DNA of 64,000 bases from Escherichia coli 042 (GTDB taxonomy: Bacteria; Pseudomonadota; Gammaproteobacteria; Enterobacterales; Enterobacteriaceae), in assembly GCF_000027125.1 (NCBI RefSeq), contig NC_017626.1. One strand, written 5' to 3'. The notes under the pieces were generated by a model. It was not told where the DNA came from. It was given only the letters and a program-made list of their open reading frames with translations, and ran no database searches. Of the stretch, positions 32,606-47,102 are shown one piece after another. The translations under genes were made by a program, and so were the position numbers. Numbering within the stretch: the first letter of the stretch is position 1; each line of letters starts with the position of its first letter.

Positions 32606-33634
32606 TTACTGCTGGCGTAGCTGGAGATCCAGCGGCGTTTTGCTGGGTTCGCCGCCAATTTCTCGCGCCAGTTTAGGCACCAGATATCCCGACACCAGTG
32701 TCAGCAACTCACGCATAATCTGCCGTGCTTCGTCATCACTCACCATAAAATGCGCCGCGCCCTGTACTTTATCGAGCACATGCAGGTAATACGGCATCAC
32801 GCCCGCATCGAACAACGCATTACTCAGGTTTGCCAGCGTTTGCGCGTTATCGTTCACACCACGTAACAGAACGCTCTGGTTCAGCAAAGTAACGCCTACC
32901 CGGCGCAACTTAGCCATCGCCTGACGGAATGTTTCATCTACCTCATTGGCATGGTTGATGTGATTCACCAGCAAGATTTGCAGCGTAGAATGTGAAAAGT
33001 GTTCAACCAGCGCATCTGTGATGCGTGCCGGGATCACAATCGGCAGACGGCTGTGAATCCGCAGACGTTTGATATGCGGGATGGCTTCCAGTTGTGTGAG
33101 CAACCAGTCCAGCTCGTGATCTTTCGCCATCAGCGGATCGCCGCCGGAGAAAATCATCTCGTCCAGTTCCGGATGCGCAGCAACATACTCAAGTGCAGTT
33201 TGCCAGTTACGCTTGTTGCCCTGATTTTCGGCATAGGGGAAGTGGCGACGGAAGCAATAGCGGCAATTTACCGCGCAGCCGCCTTTGACCAGCAAAAGCG
33301 CCCGGTTGTGGTATTTATGCAACAAACCTGGCACTACGCTGTGCTGTTCTTCCAGCGGGTCGGTGGAGAATCCGGGCGCGACGACAAACTCATCTTGCGA
33401 GGTAATTACCTGACGCAAAAGCGGATCGTTCGGATTGCCTTTCTCCATGCGATCGATAAATGAGCGGGGCACACGCAGGGCAAACAGCTTTTTGGCGCTG
33501 CGTCCGGCCAACAGTTTTTCGTCCGCGTCTATATTCAAAAGACGCAGAAGTTCATCAGGATCGGTCACAACATCGGCAAGTTGCGTTAACCAATCTTCTC
33601 TGGATGGGGTATTTAGGGTTACAATATGCGCCAT
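32606..33634 (-). CDS. epmB: EF-P beta-lysylation protein EpmB (lysine 2,3-aminomutase family, radical SAM)
   Basis: 342 aa; CAVNCRYCFRR radical-SAM motif; divergent from efp. Confidence 0.9.
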   Translation of the reverse strand: MAHIVTLNTPSREDWLTQLADVVTDPDELLRLLNIDADEKLLAGRSAKKLFALRVPRSFIDRMEKGNPNDPLLRQVITSQDEFVVAPGFSTDPLEEQHSVVPGLLHKYHNRALLLVKGGCAVNCRYCFRRHFPYAENQGNKRNWQTALEYVAAHPELDEMIFSGGDPLMAKDHELDWLLTQLEAIPHIKRLRIHSRLPIVIPARITDALVEHFSHSTLQILLVNHINHANEVDETFRQAMAKLRRVGVTLLNQSVLLRGVNDNAQTLANLSNALFDAGVMPYYLHVLDKVQGAAHFMVSDDEARQIMRELLTLVSGYLVPKLAREIGGEPSKTPLDLQLRQQ

Positions 33635-33675
33635 TTTGTGGCTTAGCTACCAATTAACAAATTTCAGAGGGCCTT

Positions 33676-34242
33676 ATGGCAACGTACTATAGCAACGATT
33701 TTCGTGCTGGTCTTAAAATCATGTTAGACGGCGAACCTTACGCGGTTGAAGCGAGTGAATTCGTAAAACCGGGTAAAGGCCAGGCATTTGCTCGCGTTAA
33801 ACTGCGTCGTCTGCTGACCGGTACTCGCGTAGAAAAAACCTTCAAATCTACTGATTCCGCTGAAGGCGCTGATGTTGTCGATATGAACCTGACTTACCTG
33901 TACAACGACGGTGAGTTCTGGCACTTCATGAACAACGAAACTTTCGAGCAGCTGTCTGCTGATGCAAAAGCAATTGGCGACAACGCTAAATGGCTGCTGG
34001 ATCAGGCAGAGTGTATCGTAACTCTGTGGAATGGTCAGCCGATCTCCGTTACTCCGCCGAACTTCGTTGAACTGGAAATCGTGGATACCGATCCGGGCCT
34101 GAAAGGTGATACCGCAGGTACTGGCGGCAAACCGGCTACCCTGTCTACTGGCGCTGTGGTTAAAGTTCCGCTGTTTGTACAAATCGGCGAAGTCATCAAA
34201 GTGGATACCCGCTCTGGTGAATACGTCTCTCGCGTGAAGTAA
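33676..34242 (+). CDS. efp: Elongation factor P
   Basis: 188 aa, [46 protein letters not shown]... Confidence 0.97.
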
Positions 34243-34293
34243 TGCGGTTGTGGTGCGGCCTGCAGGCTGCACCATCACTTATTCAGGTCAGAG

Positions 34294-34419
34294 ATGATGA
34301 AACGCCTTATCGTTCTTGTTTTGCTTGCCAGTGCGCTGCTCACGGGCTGTAACACCGCTCGCGGTTTTGGTGAAGACATTAAACATCTCGGTAATTCCAT
34401 CTCCCGCGCTGCCAGCTAA
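34294..34419 (+). CDS. ecnA: Entericidin A lipoprotein
   Basis: 41-aa ORF MMKRLIVLVLLASALLTGCNTARGFGEDIKHLGNSISRAAS; below the ORF-track size cutoff. Confidence 0.8.
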   Translation: MMKRLIVLVLLASALLTGCNTARGFGEDIKHLGNSISRAAS

Positions 34420-34529
34420 TTTTTCTTCTCTTCCGAAAAATCATCAGATTTCCATCATTTTTGGTGATGTTGTCTATTATTAATTTGCTATAGGCAAACA
34501 TAAATAACATTACCTAAAAGGAAGACGTT

Positions 34530-34676
34530 ATGGTGAAGAAGACAATTGCAGCGATCTTTTCTGTTCTGGTGCTTTCAACAGTATTAACTGCCTGCAACAC
34601 CACGCGTGGCGTTGGTGAAGACATTTCTGATGGCGGTAACGCGATTTCTGGCGCAGCAACGAAAGCGCAGCAGTAA
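34530..34676 (+). CDS. ecnB: Entericidin B lipoprotein
   Basis: 48-aa [51 protein letters not shown]. Confidence 0.8.
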
Positions 34677-34850
34677 GCAATAACGGTACGACAGTTATGT
34701 CGTGCCGTTTGTTTTTTTGCGATAGTCACAAAGGTAATAGTTGAAATTCCCCTGCCACCTGGCAAAATATCCGTTCAACCATCAGCTTTGCAGGACGACC
34801 TGCAAACGCCTCTTTTCACCGGGGACGGCCCCAATTCTCCGGAGCCTGAT

Positions 34851-35168
34851 ATGTCCTGGATTATCTTAGTTATTGCTGGTCTGCTGGAAGTGGTATGGGC
34901 CGTTGGCCTGAAATATACCCACGGCTTTAGTCGTTTGACGCCAAGTGTTATTACTGTGACGGCGATGATTGTCAGTATGGCGCTACTTGCCTGGGCGATG
35001 AAATCGTTACCAGTAGGGACGGCTTATGCCGTGTGGACGGGTATTGGCGCAGTCGGCGCGGCCATCACCGGCATTGTGCTGCTCGGCGAGTCCGCTAACC
35101 CGATGCGCCTGGCGAGTCTGGCGTTAATCGTATTGGGGATTATTGGTCTGAAACTCAGCACTCACTAA
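34851..35168 (+). CDS. sugE: SMR-family guanidinium exporter SugE/Gdx
   Basis: 105 aa from [26 protein letters not shown]. Confidence 0.9.
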   Translation: MSWIILVIAGLLEVVWAVGLKYTHGFSRLTPSVITVTAMIVSMALLAWAMKSLPVGTAYAVWTGIGAVGAAITGIVLLGESANPMRLASLALIVLGIIGLKLSTH

Positions 35169-35698
35169 CTACCGGGCTGCTGTACCCAAATAAACTTACT
35201 GACATCAAACCCTTCCCGGGTCGCGACTGCCAGCATCTCCTGTTTCACTTCGTCAGAAATGGTTGGCGTGCGGGAGAGTATCCACAGGTAGTCGCGGTCC
35301 GGGCCGCAAACCAGCGCATGGCGGTATTCCCGATCGAGTGCAATAACGTTATAACCGCCATAGAAAGGACCAAAGAATGACACTTTCAGCGCAGCGCGAG
35401 TTGGTGCGCCGGTAAAGTACGCTTTCCCTTCACTCTGCTGCCACATTTCTCTGTCAGGGTTATAGCCTTTATTAATGACATTCAGGCCGCCGTCATCCCG
35501 CAGGCTGTATGTTGCGGTGACTTTTTCCAGTCCACGTTCAAAGCGGTGATCAAAACGGGCAATCTCATACCAGGTACCGAGATAGCGTTTAGCATCGAAA
35601 TTATTCACTACTGTCACGCCACGGGGCGGCGTAGGAGAACTGCAGGCAACGACCAGAAATGCAGCTGTCGCTGCGGCAACGAGAGGGAGCAGGCGCAT
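35165..35698 (-). CDS. blc: Outer membrane lipocalin Blc
   Basis: 177 aa, [50 protein letters not shown]... Confidence 0.9.
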   Translation of the reverse strand: MRLLPLVAAATAAFLVVACSSPTPPRGVTVVNNFDAKRYLGTWYEIARFDHRFERGLEKVTATYSLRDDGGLNVINKGYNPDREMWQQSEGKAYFTGAPTRAALKVSFFGPFYGGYNVIALDREYRHALVCGPDRDYLWILSRTPTISDEVKQEMLAVATREGFDVSKFIWVQQPGS

Positions 35699-35786
35699 AA
35701 ATGTTTCCTTACTGGTTTTTTTCTAAGTGTAGATGACAGCAAGGAAAAGCGGAGAAAAGGTCCAAAAATTCGGACCCGATGAAATT

Positions 35787-37342
<1,556 letters not shown>

Positions 37343-37352
37343 CTCAGGCTCC

Positions 37353-38485
<1,133 letters not shown>

Positions 38486-38493
<8 letters not shown>

Positions 38494-40294
38494 TCGCCTT
38501 CTCCTTCTTATTGGCTGCTTCCGCCTTATCGGCTGCATCCGCTTCGCCACCGTAAACACGTTTAGCTGGCGGCAGCGTAGTAATCTTCACGTCGCTGTAC
38601 TCCAGGCGAGTCGTGCCATCAGCATCGCGGAAGGCGAGGGTGTGTTTGAGGAAGTTGACGTCGTCACGCTCGGTGCAACCTTCGTCCAGACGCTGGTGTG
38701 CGCCGCGGGACTCTTTACGTGCCATTGCGGAGTGCGCCATACATTCAGCAACGTTCAGACCGTGGCCCAGTTCAATGGTGTAGAGCAGGTCGGTGTTGAA
38801 CACGCTGGAGGTGTCGGTGATGCGCACGCGCTTGAAGCGTTCCTGCAGCTCAGCCAGCTTGTCGATGGTTTTCTGCATCAGTTCCGGCGTACGGTAGATA
38901 CCGCAACCTTCTTCCATAGCCAGGCCCATTTCGTCGCGGATCTTCGCCCAGTTTTCGCCGCCATCCTGGTTAACCAGATCTTTCAGACGTTGTTCAACGC
39001 CAGCTGCCTGCGCTTCAATTGCCGCTTCGTTGCCATTACCGGCAGTTGCTGCACGCTCTGTCGCTTGTTCACCGGCCAGACGGCCGAAGACCACCAGTTC
39101 CGCCAGGGAGTTGGAGCCCAGACGGTTTGCACCGTGCAGACCAACAGAGGAACATTCACCCACGGCGAACAGACCTTTAATGCGGGTTTCACAGTTCTGA
39201 TCGGTTTCGATACCGCCCATGGTGTAGTGTGCGGTCGGACGTACCGGAATCGGTTCTTTAACCGGATCGACGCCAACGTACGCTTTCGCCAGTTCGCAGA
39301 TGAACGGCAGACGTTCATGCAGTTTTTTCTCGCCGAGGTGACGCAGGTCGAGATAAACCACATCGCCACGCGGCGTGGAGATGGTGTTGCCTTTACGCCA
39401 TTCGTGCCAGAAGGCCTGAGAAACTTTGTCGCGTGGACCCAGTTCCATATATTTGTTTTTCGGCTCGCCCAGCGGAGTTTCCGGGCCCATGCCGTAATCT
39501 TGCAGATAACGGTAGCCATTTTTGTTGACCAGAATACCGCCTTCACCGCGGCAGCCTTCGGTCATCAGGATACCGGAACCTGGCAGACCGGTTGGGTGAT
39601 ACTGAACGAATTCCATGTCACGCAGCGGAACGCCGTGGCTTAGCGCCATACCCATACCGTCACCGGTAACGATGCCGCCATTGGTATTGTAACGATAAAC
39701 GCGACCCGCACCGCCGGTAGCCATAACGACCGCGTTAGCACGGATCTGCACCAGCGTGCCTTCCATCATGTTCATTGCTACCAGGCCGCGAACATGACCA
39801 TCATCAACCAGAATATCCAGCACGAAATGTTCGTCAAAACGCTGGATCTGCGGGAATTGCAGAGAGGTCTGGAACAGCGTGTGCAGCATATGGAAGCCGG
39901 TCTTATCGGCGGCGAACCAGGTACGCTCGATTTTCATGCCGCCGAAGCGACGTACGTTGACGCTACCATCCGGGCGACGGCTCCATGGGCATCCCCACAG
40001 TTCCAGTTGGGTCATTTCGGTTGGGCAGTGGTGGACGAAATAATCCACGACATCCTGCTCACACAACCAGTCGCCACCCGCTACTGTATCGTGAAAGTGA
40101 TATTCGAAGCTGTCATGATCCTGCGCGACAGCGGCGGAGCCCCCTTCTGCAGCAACGGTATGGCTACGCATCGGGTATACTTTTGAGATTAGTGCGATTT
40201 TTGCATTTGGATTTGCCTGCGCGGCAGCAATTGCAGCACGTAATCCCGCGCCACCGGCGCCTACAATGGCAAGATCGGCTTGAAAGGTTTGCAC
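38486..40294 (-). CDS. frdA: Fumarate reductase flavoprotein subunit
   Basis: 602 aa, [29 protein letters not shown]... Confidence 0.97.
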
Positions 40295-40618
40295 GACATT
40301 CCTCCAGATTGTTTTTATCCCACAGCCCCGTACTTCAGGGTAAGTGCCTGAAAGTTACGGTCTGCGAACGCTATTCCACTGCTCCTTTATAGGTACAACA
40401 GTATAGTCTGATGGATAAGTCTGAAATTTGACGAGATCGATTTTTTTAGTGCGCAAGAGGGCTAAATTATCACTGAAGATGATTAATTTAATTACTAAAC
40501 CATCAGATCGTGCTTTTTTTAGTCACTGCCCACCGTTGTTTGATTCCTGCGTAAAATTTGTCTCGCCGTCGCGTTGCGAGTAGACTTCGTGCCCTTGTCA
40601 AAAACTGGAGATTTAACT

Positions 40619-41596
40619 ATGAGCGAAACGGCATCCTGGCAGCCGAGCGCATCCATTCCTAACTTATTAAAACGCGCGGCGATTATGGCGGAGATCCGTC
40701 GTTTCTTTGCCGATCGTGGAGTGCTGGAGGTGGAGACGCCTTGTATGAGCCAGGCGACGGTAACCGATATTCATTTGGTCCCGTTTGAGACACGTTTCGT
40801 TGGCCCCGGGCATTCGCAGGGGATGAATCTCTGGTTAATGACCAGCCCGGAATACCATATGAAGCGCCTGCTGGTTGCCGGTTGTGGGCCGGTATTCCAG
40901 CTGTGCCGCAGCTTCCGTAATGAAGAGATGGGGCGTTATCACAACCCTGAGTTCACTATGCTTGAGTGGTATCGACCGCACTATGATATGTACCGGTTGA
41001 TGAACGAGGTGGACGATCTCTTACAACAAGTGCTGGACTGCCCGGCAGCAGAAAGCCTTTCTTATCAACAAGCTTTCTTGCGTTATCTGGAAATTGACCC
41101 ACTCTCTGCCGACAAAACGCAACTGCGGGAAGTGGCAGCGAAACTGGATTTGAGCAACGTTGCTGATACCGAAGAAGACCGCGACACGTTGCTACAATTG
41201 CTGTTTACCTTTGGCGTAGAGCCAAATATTGGTAAAGAAAAACCGACCTTTGTGTACCACTTTCCAGCCAGCCAGGCATCACTGGCGCAAATCAGTACCG
41301 AAGATCATCGGGTCGCTGAACGCTTTGAGGTTTATTATAAAGGTATTGAGCTGGCGAATGGTTTCCATGAATTGACGGATGCCCGTGAGCAGCAACAACG
41401 CTTTGAACAAGATAACCGTAAGCGCGCGGCGCGCGGTTTGCCGCAGCACCCCATTGACCAGAATCTGATTGAAGCCTTGAAAGTCGGTATGCCTGACTGT
41501 TCCGGCGTGGCATTAGGCGTTGATCGTCTGGTGATGTTGGCGCTGGGCGCGGAGACACTGGCTGAAGTCATCGCCTTTAGCGTTGACCGGGCATAA
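40619..41596 (+). CDS. epmA: EF-P lysine-lysyltransferase EpmA (PoxA/GenX)
   Basis: 325 aa from [30 protein letters not shown]; class II aaRS-like. Confidence 0.9.
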   Translation: MSETASWQPSASIPNLLKRAAIMAEIRRFFADRGVLEVETPCMSQATVTDIHLVPFETRFVGPGHSQGMNLWLMTSPEYHMKRLLVAGCGPVFQLCRSFRNEEMGRYHNPEFTMLEWYRPHYDMYRLMNEVDDLLQQVLDCPAAESLSYQQAFLRYLEIDPLSADKTQLREVAAKLDLSNVADTEEDRDTLLQLLFTFGVEPNIGKEKPTFVYHFPASQASLAQISTEDHRVAERFEVYYKGIELANGFHELTDAREQQQRFEQDNRKRAARGLPQHPIDQNLIEALKVGMPDCSGVALGVDRLVMLALGAETLAEVIAFSVDRA

Positions 41597-41814
41597 TTCT
41601 GAAAAATTACTGAATTAACCGCGAAGAATGGCGTGATAAGCGCCATTCTGTAGCATATGTTTTCATTTTTCCGCTAAAGGCCACAATTTAAGACTGGATA
41701 TTTGATATCATCCAGGTATCAATTCTGTATTGGTTTTTACGCTGCCCGCTCAATGTTGGGCAGTGCAGTTCAGTGGGCGCGTTTTATACACGCGCTGAAA
41801 TGAAGGATGGTTTC

Positions 41815-43317
41815 ATGCCTCACACGATAAAAAAGATGAGTCTGATAGGACTCATATTGATGATCTTTACTTCCGTATTTGGATTTGCCAATAGCCCATC
41901 GGCTTATTACTTAATGGGTTATAGTGCGATTCCCTTTTATATATTTTCTGCATTGTTATTCTTTATTCCATTCGCCTTAATGATGGCTGAAATGGGAGCT
42001 GCTTATCGCAAAGAAGAAGGCGGTATCTATTCCTGGATGAATAATAGTGTCGGACCACGTTTTGCCTTCATTGGTACGTTTATGTGGTTTTCCTCTTATA
42101 TCATCTGGATGGTGAGTACCTCCGCGAAAGTTTGGGTACCGTTCTCAACATTCCTCTATGGTAGCGACATGACCCAGCACTGGCATATTGCCGGACTGGA
42201 GCCTACGCAGGTGGTTGGTCTGCTGGCAGTGGCATGGATGATTCTGGTCACCGTCGTTGCTTCAAAAGGGATTAATAAAATTGCCCGCATTACTGCGGTG
42301 GGCGGTATTGCAGTAATGTGTCTGAATTTAGTATTGCTGTTAGTAAGCATTACTATTTTGTTATTAAATGGTGGGCATTTCGCGCAGGATATTAATTTCC
42401 TTGCATCACCGAACCCGGGTTATCAGTCCGGTCTGGCAATGCTATCGTTTGTGGTATTTGCTATTTTTGCCTATGGCGGAATTGAAGCGGTTGGTGGTCT
42501 GGTCGATAAAACGGAAAATCCAGAAAAGAACTTTGCCAAAGGTATTGTTTTTGCCGCTATTGTTATTTCAATCGGTTATTCGCTGGCAATATTTTTATGG
42601 GGCGTCAGCACAAACTGGCAGCAGGTATTAAGTAATGGTTCCGTTAACCTCGGCAATATTACCTATGTGCTGATGAAGAGCCTCGGGATGACGCTGGGTA
42701 ACGCACTGCATTTGTCACCTGAAGCGTCATTGTCGCTGGGCGTATGGTTTGCGCGTATTACCGGACTTTCGATGTTCCTCGCTTATACCGGTGCGTTCTT
42801 TACGCTTTGCTATTCACCGCTGAAAGCCATCATCCAGGGGACGCCGAAAGCGTTGTGGCCGGAACCGATGACGCGCCTGAATGCGATGGGGATGCCGTCT
42901 ATCGCCATGTGGATGCAGTGCGGGTTGGTTACTGTCTTCATCCTGCTGGTTTCGTTTGGCGGTGGCACCGCATCGGCGTTCTTTAACAAACTGACTCTGA
43001 TGGCGAACGTGTCTATGACGCTTCCTTACTTGTTCCTCGCGCTGGCTTTCCCATTCTTTAAAGCACGTCAGGATCTCGACAGACCGTTTGTGATTTTCAA
43101 AACGCGTATGTCGGCAATGATTGCGACGGTGGTTGTCGTACTGGTTGTGACATTTGCGAACGTCTTCACCATCATTCAACCTGTGGTTGAAGCCGGAGAC
43201 TGGGACAGCACATTGTGGATGATTGGCGGCCCTGTCTTCTTCTCGCTGTTAGCGATGGCGATTTACCAGAACTATTGCAGCAGAGTGGCAAAAAATCCGC
43301 AGTGGGTGGTGGAATAA
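41815..43317 (+). CDS. yjeM: Putative amino-acid transporter YjeM
   Basis: 500 aa from MPHTIKKMSLIGLILMIFTSVFGFANSP. Confidence 0.85.
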   Translation: MPHTIKKMSLIGLILMIFTSVFGFANSPSAYYLMGYSAIPFYIFSALLFFIPFALMMAEMGAAYRKEEGGIYSWMNNSVGPRFAFIGTFMWFSSYIIWMVSTSAKVWVPFSTFLYGSDMTQHWHIAGLEPTQVVGLLAVAWMILVTVVASKGINKIARITAVGGIAVMCLNLVLLLVSITILLLNGGHFAQDINFLASPNPGYQSGLAMLSFVVFAIFAYGGIEAVGGLVDKTENPEKNFAKGIVFAAIVISIGYSLAIFLWGVSTNWQQVLSNGSVNLGNITYVLMKSLGMTLGNALHLSPEASLSLGVWFARITGLSMFLAYTGAFFTLCYSPLKAIIQGTPKALWPEPMTRLNAMGMPSIAMWMQCGLVTVFILLVSFGGGTASAFFNKLTLMANVSMTLPYLFLALAFPFFKARQDLDRPFVIFKTRMSAMIATVVVVLVVTFANVFTIIQPVVEAGDWDSTLWMIGGPVFFSLLAMAIYQNYCSRVAKNPQWVVE

Positions 43318-43414
43318 CCCGATGCCCTATCGTCTGTCTGACGATAGGGCGCAATGACAGGGAATTAGTGGGATTTCGTATGTGCTATAGCGAAATTAAA
43401 CTACGGGTTATCTC

Positions 43415-43729
43415 ATGAGTGCGCGCATGTTTGTCTTGTGCTGCATCTGGTTCATTGTGGCGTTCCTCTGGATAACCATTACCTCCGCGCTGGACAAAGA
43501 GTGGATGATTGATGGACGCGGGATTAACAACGTCTGTGATGTTTTGATGTATCTCGAAGATGACGATACTCGCGATGTCGGTGTGATAATGACGTTACCG
43601 CTCTTTTTCCCTTTTCTCTGGTTCGCTTTGTGGCGAAAAAAACGCGGCTGGTTTATGTACGCCACCGCGCTGGCTATTTTCGGCTACTGGCTGTGGCAGT
43701 TTTTTCTGCGCTATCAGTTTTGTTTGTGA
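43415..43729 (+). CDS. yjeO: Inner membrane protein YjeO
   Basis: 104 aa, MSARMFVLCCIWFIVAFLWITITSALDKEW... Confidence 0.75.
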   Translation: MSARMFVLCCIWFIVAFLWITITSALDKEWMIDGRGINNVCDVLMYLEDDDTRDVGVIMTLPLFFPFLWFALWRKKRGWFMYATALAIFGYWLWQFFLRYQFCL

Positions 43730-43757
43730 GCCGGATGGGTTCATCCGGCACAAAACC

Positions 43758-46700
43758 TTACAAACTTCCCGCCTGACGACCTTTGCCCGCAGAAGTTAAT
43801 GTTCTCCCCGTTTGTTTACCATTCAGGCTTTCCAGACGCATCTGGAAGGGCGGGAATGGCATATCGATACCGTGGGCATGGAAGCCTGCCAGAATTAGCT
43901 GGTGGATCTCATGGCGTAGCGGCATACGGTGACCCATCTCAGCGGCGTAAATACGCAGCTCGAAAATCTGAATCCCCTGTTGCAGATCCACCAGGAAGAC
44001 TTCCGGTGCCGGGTTGTCGATCACCAGCGAGCAGCGACGCGCTGCGGTGAGCAGGATTTCCGTCACTTCTTCACTGTTGGCATCGGCAGGGGCCGGAATC
44101 GTCAACACCACGCGCGTGACCGAGTCAGAGAGCGACCAGTTGATAAACTGCTCGGTAATAAACGCCTTGTTCGGCACGATTATCTCTTTACGGTCCCAGT
44201 CGCTGATGGTGGTGGCGCGGGTGTTAATTTTCGTCACACTACCGGTGAGATCGCGGATCGTCACCGTATCGCCAATGCGAATCGGTTTCTCGAACAGGAT
44301 GATCAGGCCAGAGATAAAGTTGGCGAAAATTTCCTGCAAACCAAAACCGAGACCAACACCGAGCGCGGCAACCAGCCACTGCAATTTCGACCACTCAATA
44401 CCAATCATCGAGAAGCCGACCAGCCCGCCAATTAGCATCAGCAGATATTTGGTGATGGTGGTGATGGCGTAACCTGTACCCGGCGTTAAATCCAGGTGCT
44501 GCAAAATCGCCAGTTCCAGCAGCGCGGGCAGGTTGCGCACCAGCTGCGTGGTGATGATAAACACCAGAATGGCAATCAGCACCGCACCGAGGGTAATCGG
44601 CTCCAGACTTTCTACGCCCTGTACCGTGGAGGTGACATCCCACAGCGAAATATTTTCGAGGAAGCCGAAAGCGGAATGGATTTCTGACCACAGCACAATG
44701 ACCGAAAGCAGGGCGATCAACATCAAAATTGAGCGCACCAGCCGCAAGGATTGCGCACTGATGGCATCGAGATCGACTTCGCTTTCATCGACTTCAATTG
44801 CCCCTTCCGGGCTACTGTGATGATGAGCTTCCTCTTCGCCACGCGCACGTTGCGCTAACATCTCTGCCCGGCGATGCTTCGCCCGGTCAAACGCCAGCCT
44901 GCGGCGCTGGATCAGCATCCAGCGGCGGATAACGTGATAAACCACTAGTAGCAGGAACCAGATGGCAACCGAGGTTTCAAGCCTCGCTAACAGTGCCTGC
45001 GCCGTTGCCAGATAACCCACCGCCGACGCCAGAATGGCAACCAGCGGTGCGCCAATCATCATGTTCCACAGCATATGGTTGGTAATGTTGTCACCGCTGC
45101 CTTCTTTGTTGAGATACAGCGGGATACCGGCCTTTTTCAGGCTGAGGGTGACTACCGCCAGCGCACCGCAAATGAGGATAAAGCAAAGCCGTCCCAGCGA
45201 ACCGGAAAACTCGCGGTCGTCGAGGTTATCGAACATCATCAGCGCCATAATCAGCGGCACAATAAGCCCGATGCTCATCAGGTAGTAGCGCATCCCACGG
45301 GAAACCCGTTCGCGCGGCCAGCCAAAATGAGCGATAAACAAGCCGTTCGGGCGAGCAAAGGTGGCGCAAATCATCACTACCCACAGCAGCGGCACGGTGG
45401 CCGTTACGCCATCGCCAATCGCGACCGCCAGCGGATAAGGCCACGCCTCGCGCAAGCCGTAACCCAGCGTCATCCACAGCACCGGCAGCGGTGACGCGAC
45501 GAGAATCGACCAGAAAAGAGTGCGTAACGTTAGCCAGAAGTGATCCTGAGTCACTTTGCCGACTTTCGCCGCCGAACGTTCAAGAAAACGGGTGAAATAG
45601 CGGCGAGAGTAAATACTGCAACCGACCAGAATCAACGCGCCAAACAGCGGTAAAATCGTCTCTTTACTGGTCAGCATCATCACACTGGCTTTGCCCAACT
45701 GACTAAAGGTGTCCAGCGAAATGAGACGACGCAGATCCTGGGCGATTTCCAGCGGCCAGGCGATGGTCATCGGGCGCACGTCAGAGGTCCAGAACAGATA
45801 GCGGTGCGTCGCTTCATTCACCTCTTTCAGCGCATCCTCCAGTTGCCCGTTGGAGACTTTCAGCTTGGTCAGTTCCAGTAGTAGCGTGTCTCCACCCTGC
45901 AACAATGAGTTCAGCAACTCACGCTGAGTGCGTAGCTGTGCTTCCAGAATACGGTTTTGCTCGGCGGTCAGCGGCTGACCGTCGGCCTGATGGATTTGCC
46001 GTAGCTGCGGCTGTTTATTAAGCAGATCCTCATAACGTAACCGTTGCACACGCAACTGCGCCATTTCGGTATCAAGCTGTTGTGGTTTTGGCATTTCCGG
46101 CAGCCGTGCCACCTGCGCCCGCAACGCTTCGCCGAGCAGATTGGACGATCCCAGCCATTGCGACTGTTCACGCAGCGTATTCAACGCTTGCCGGACCTGT
46201 AACGTCTGGCTGGCAGCCTGACGCTGTTGCGAGGCAACGAGATCCATCCGCTGCGCCTGTTGATTCAGCGCCGCTGATAGTTCGCGGTTAATTTTGAATT
46301 GCGCGACGATGTCTTTCGGCAAATCGGCGCTGTTTTCTGCCAGCAATTCGGTACTTTCCAGCGCCCGCTCCGCCTCAAGCTGACGTTGGCTGTTCAACTG
46401 ATTACGTAAGGCCTGCAAATACGCATCCAGTTGCTGGCTCTCTTTTTCCGCCAGCTCTGAGCGTAAGCGCGCTAATTCCTGGCGGTTATTGGCGGACAGC
46501 TGCGCCAGTTCCAGTTCATCGACGAGCGCTTTCAGGCGTGCGGAGTCAGACTGCAACGCGAAATTTTGTGCCTGATTGAGCGGGGAATTGCCGGTAAGCG
46601 TCCCCAGGCGGCGCTCGATTTCATTTAACTGACGGCGGGCATCGGTTTGCTGTTGCGGCAGTTGATTCAGCGAATCGGCAATCTCGCGGGCGCGTTCCTG

Positions 46701-47081
46701 CTCTTGCTGGGCCTGACGGCTTTTATCCAGCAACTGGCTGCTGACCTGGAGAATTTCCTGATTCAGCGCGTCGGTAGACATTCCCGGTGACACGCTGCGC
46801 GGCTCGTCACGCATGTTGTTTAATTGCGCGCGCAGAGTAGCGGAGAGTTTCGGATAATTATCAATGACTTCTTGATATTGCTTGATGCGCTCAAGGGAAC
46901 CTTTCCGTTCCTCAAGCGCATTTAAGGCAGACTGGAGCGCCTCTACGACTTCCGGTTGCGCGGGTTTCGCCGCTTTTGCCTGCTCCAGTTCTTGTGAGAT
47001 TTGTTTGCTATCGGGGGCCGTCGCGGCGTACGCCCCCCAACTGAGGCACCAGGCCATCAGAAAAGTGATAATCAGGCGCAC
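43758..47081 (-). CDS. mscM: Miniconductance mechanosensitive channel MscM (YjeP)
   Basis: 1107 aa; long coiled-coil periplasmic region and C-terminal MscS-like domain. Confidence 0.9.
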   Translation of the reverse strand: MRLIITFLMAWCLSWGAYAATAPDSKQISQELEQAKAAKPAQPEVVEALQSALNALEERKGSLERIKQYQEVIDNYPKLSATLRAQLNNMRDEPRSVSPGMSTDALNQEILQVSSQLLDKSRQAQQEQERAREIADSLNQLPQQQTDARRQLNEIERRLGTLTGNSPLNQAQNFALQSDSARLKALVDELELAQLSANNRQELARLRSELAEKESQQLDAYLQALRNQLNSQRQLEAERALESTELLAENSADLPKDIVAQFKINRELSAALNQQAQRMDLVASQQRQAASQTLQVRQALNTLREQSQWLGSSNLLGEALRAQVARLPEMPKPQQLDTEMAQLRVQRLRYEDLLNKQPQLRQIHQADGQPLTAEQNRILEAQLRTQRELLNSLLQGGDTLLLELTKLKVSNGQLEDALKEVNEATHRYLFWTSDVRPMTIAWPLEIAQDLRRLISLDTFSQLGKASVMMLTSKETILPLFGALILVGCSIYSRRYFTRFLERSAAKVGKVTQDHFWLTLRTLFWSILVASPLPVLWMTLGYGLREAWPYPLAVAIGDGVTATVPLLWVVMICATFARPNGLFIAHFGWPRERVSRGMRYYLMSIGLIVPLIMALMMFDNLDDREFSGSLGRLCFILICGALAVVTLSLKKAGIPLYLNKEGSGDNITNHMLWNMMIGAPLVAILASAVGYLATAQALLARLETSVAIWFLLLVVYHVIRRWMLIQRRRLAFDRAKHRRAEMLAQRARGEEEAHHHSSPEGAIEVDESEVDLDAISAQSLRLVRSILMLIALLSVIVLWSEIHSAFGFLENISLWDVTSTVQGVESLEPITLGAVLIAILVFIITTQLVRNLPALLELAILQHLDLTPGTGYAITTITKYLLMLIGGLVGFSMIGIEWSKLQWLVAALGVGLGFGLQEIFANFISGLIILFEKPIRIGDTVTIRDLTGSVTKINTRATTISDWDRKEIIVPNKAFITEQFINWSLSDSVTRVVLTIPAPADANSEEVTEILLTAARRCSLVIDNPAPEVFLVDLQQGIQIFELRIYAAEMGHRMPLRHEIHQLILAGFHAHGIDMPFPPFQMRLESLNGKQTGRTLTSAGKGRQAGSL

Positions 47082-47102
47082 GTCAGCGTTTCCTTTGATG
47101 GA

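Noticed and set aside
43215-43418. 67-aa ORF between yjeM and yjeO
   Set aside because: It overlaps the yjeM 3' end, has no RBS context I could see, and I could not match it to a known protein; left unannotated.
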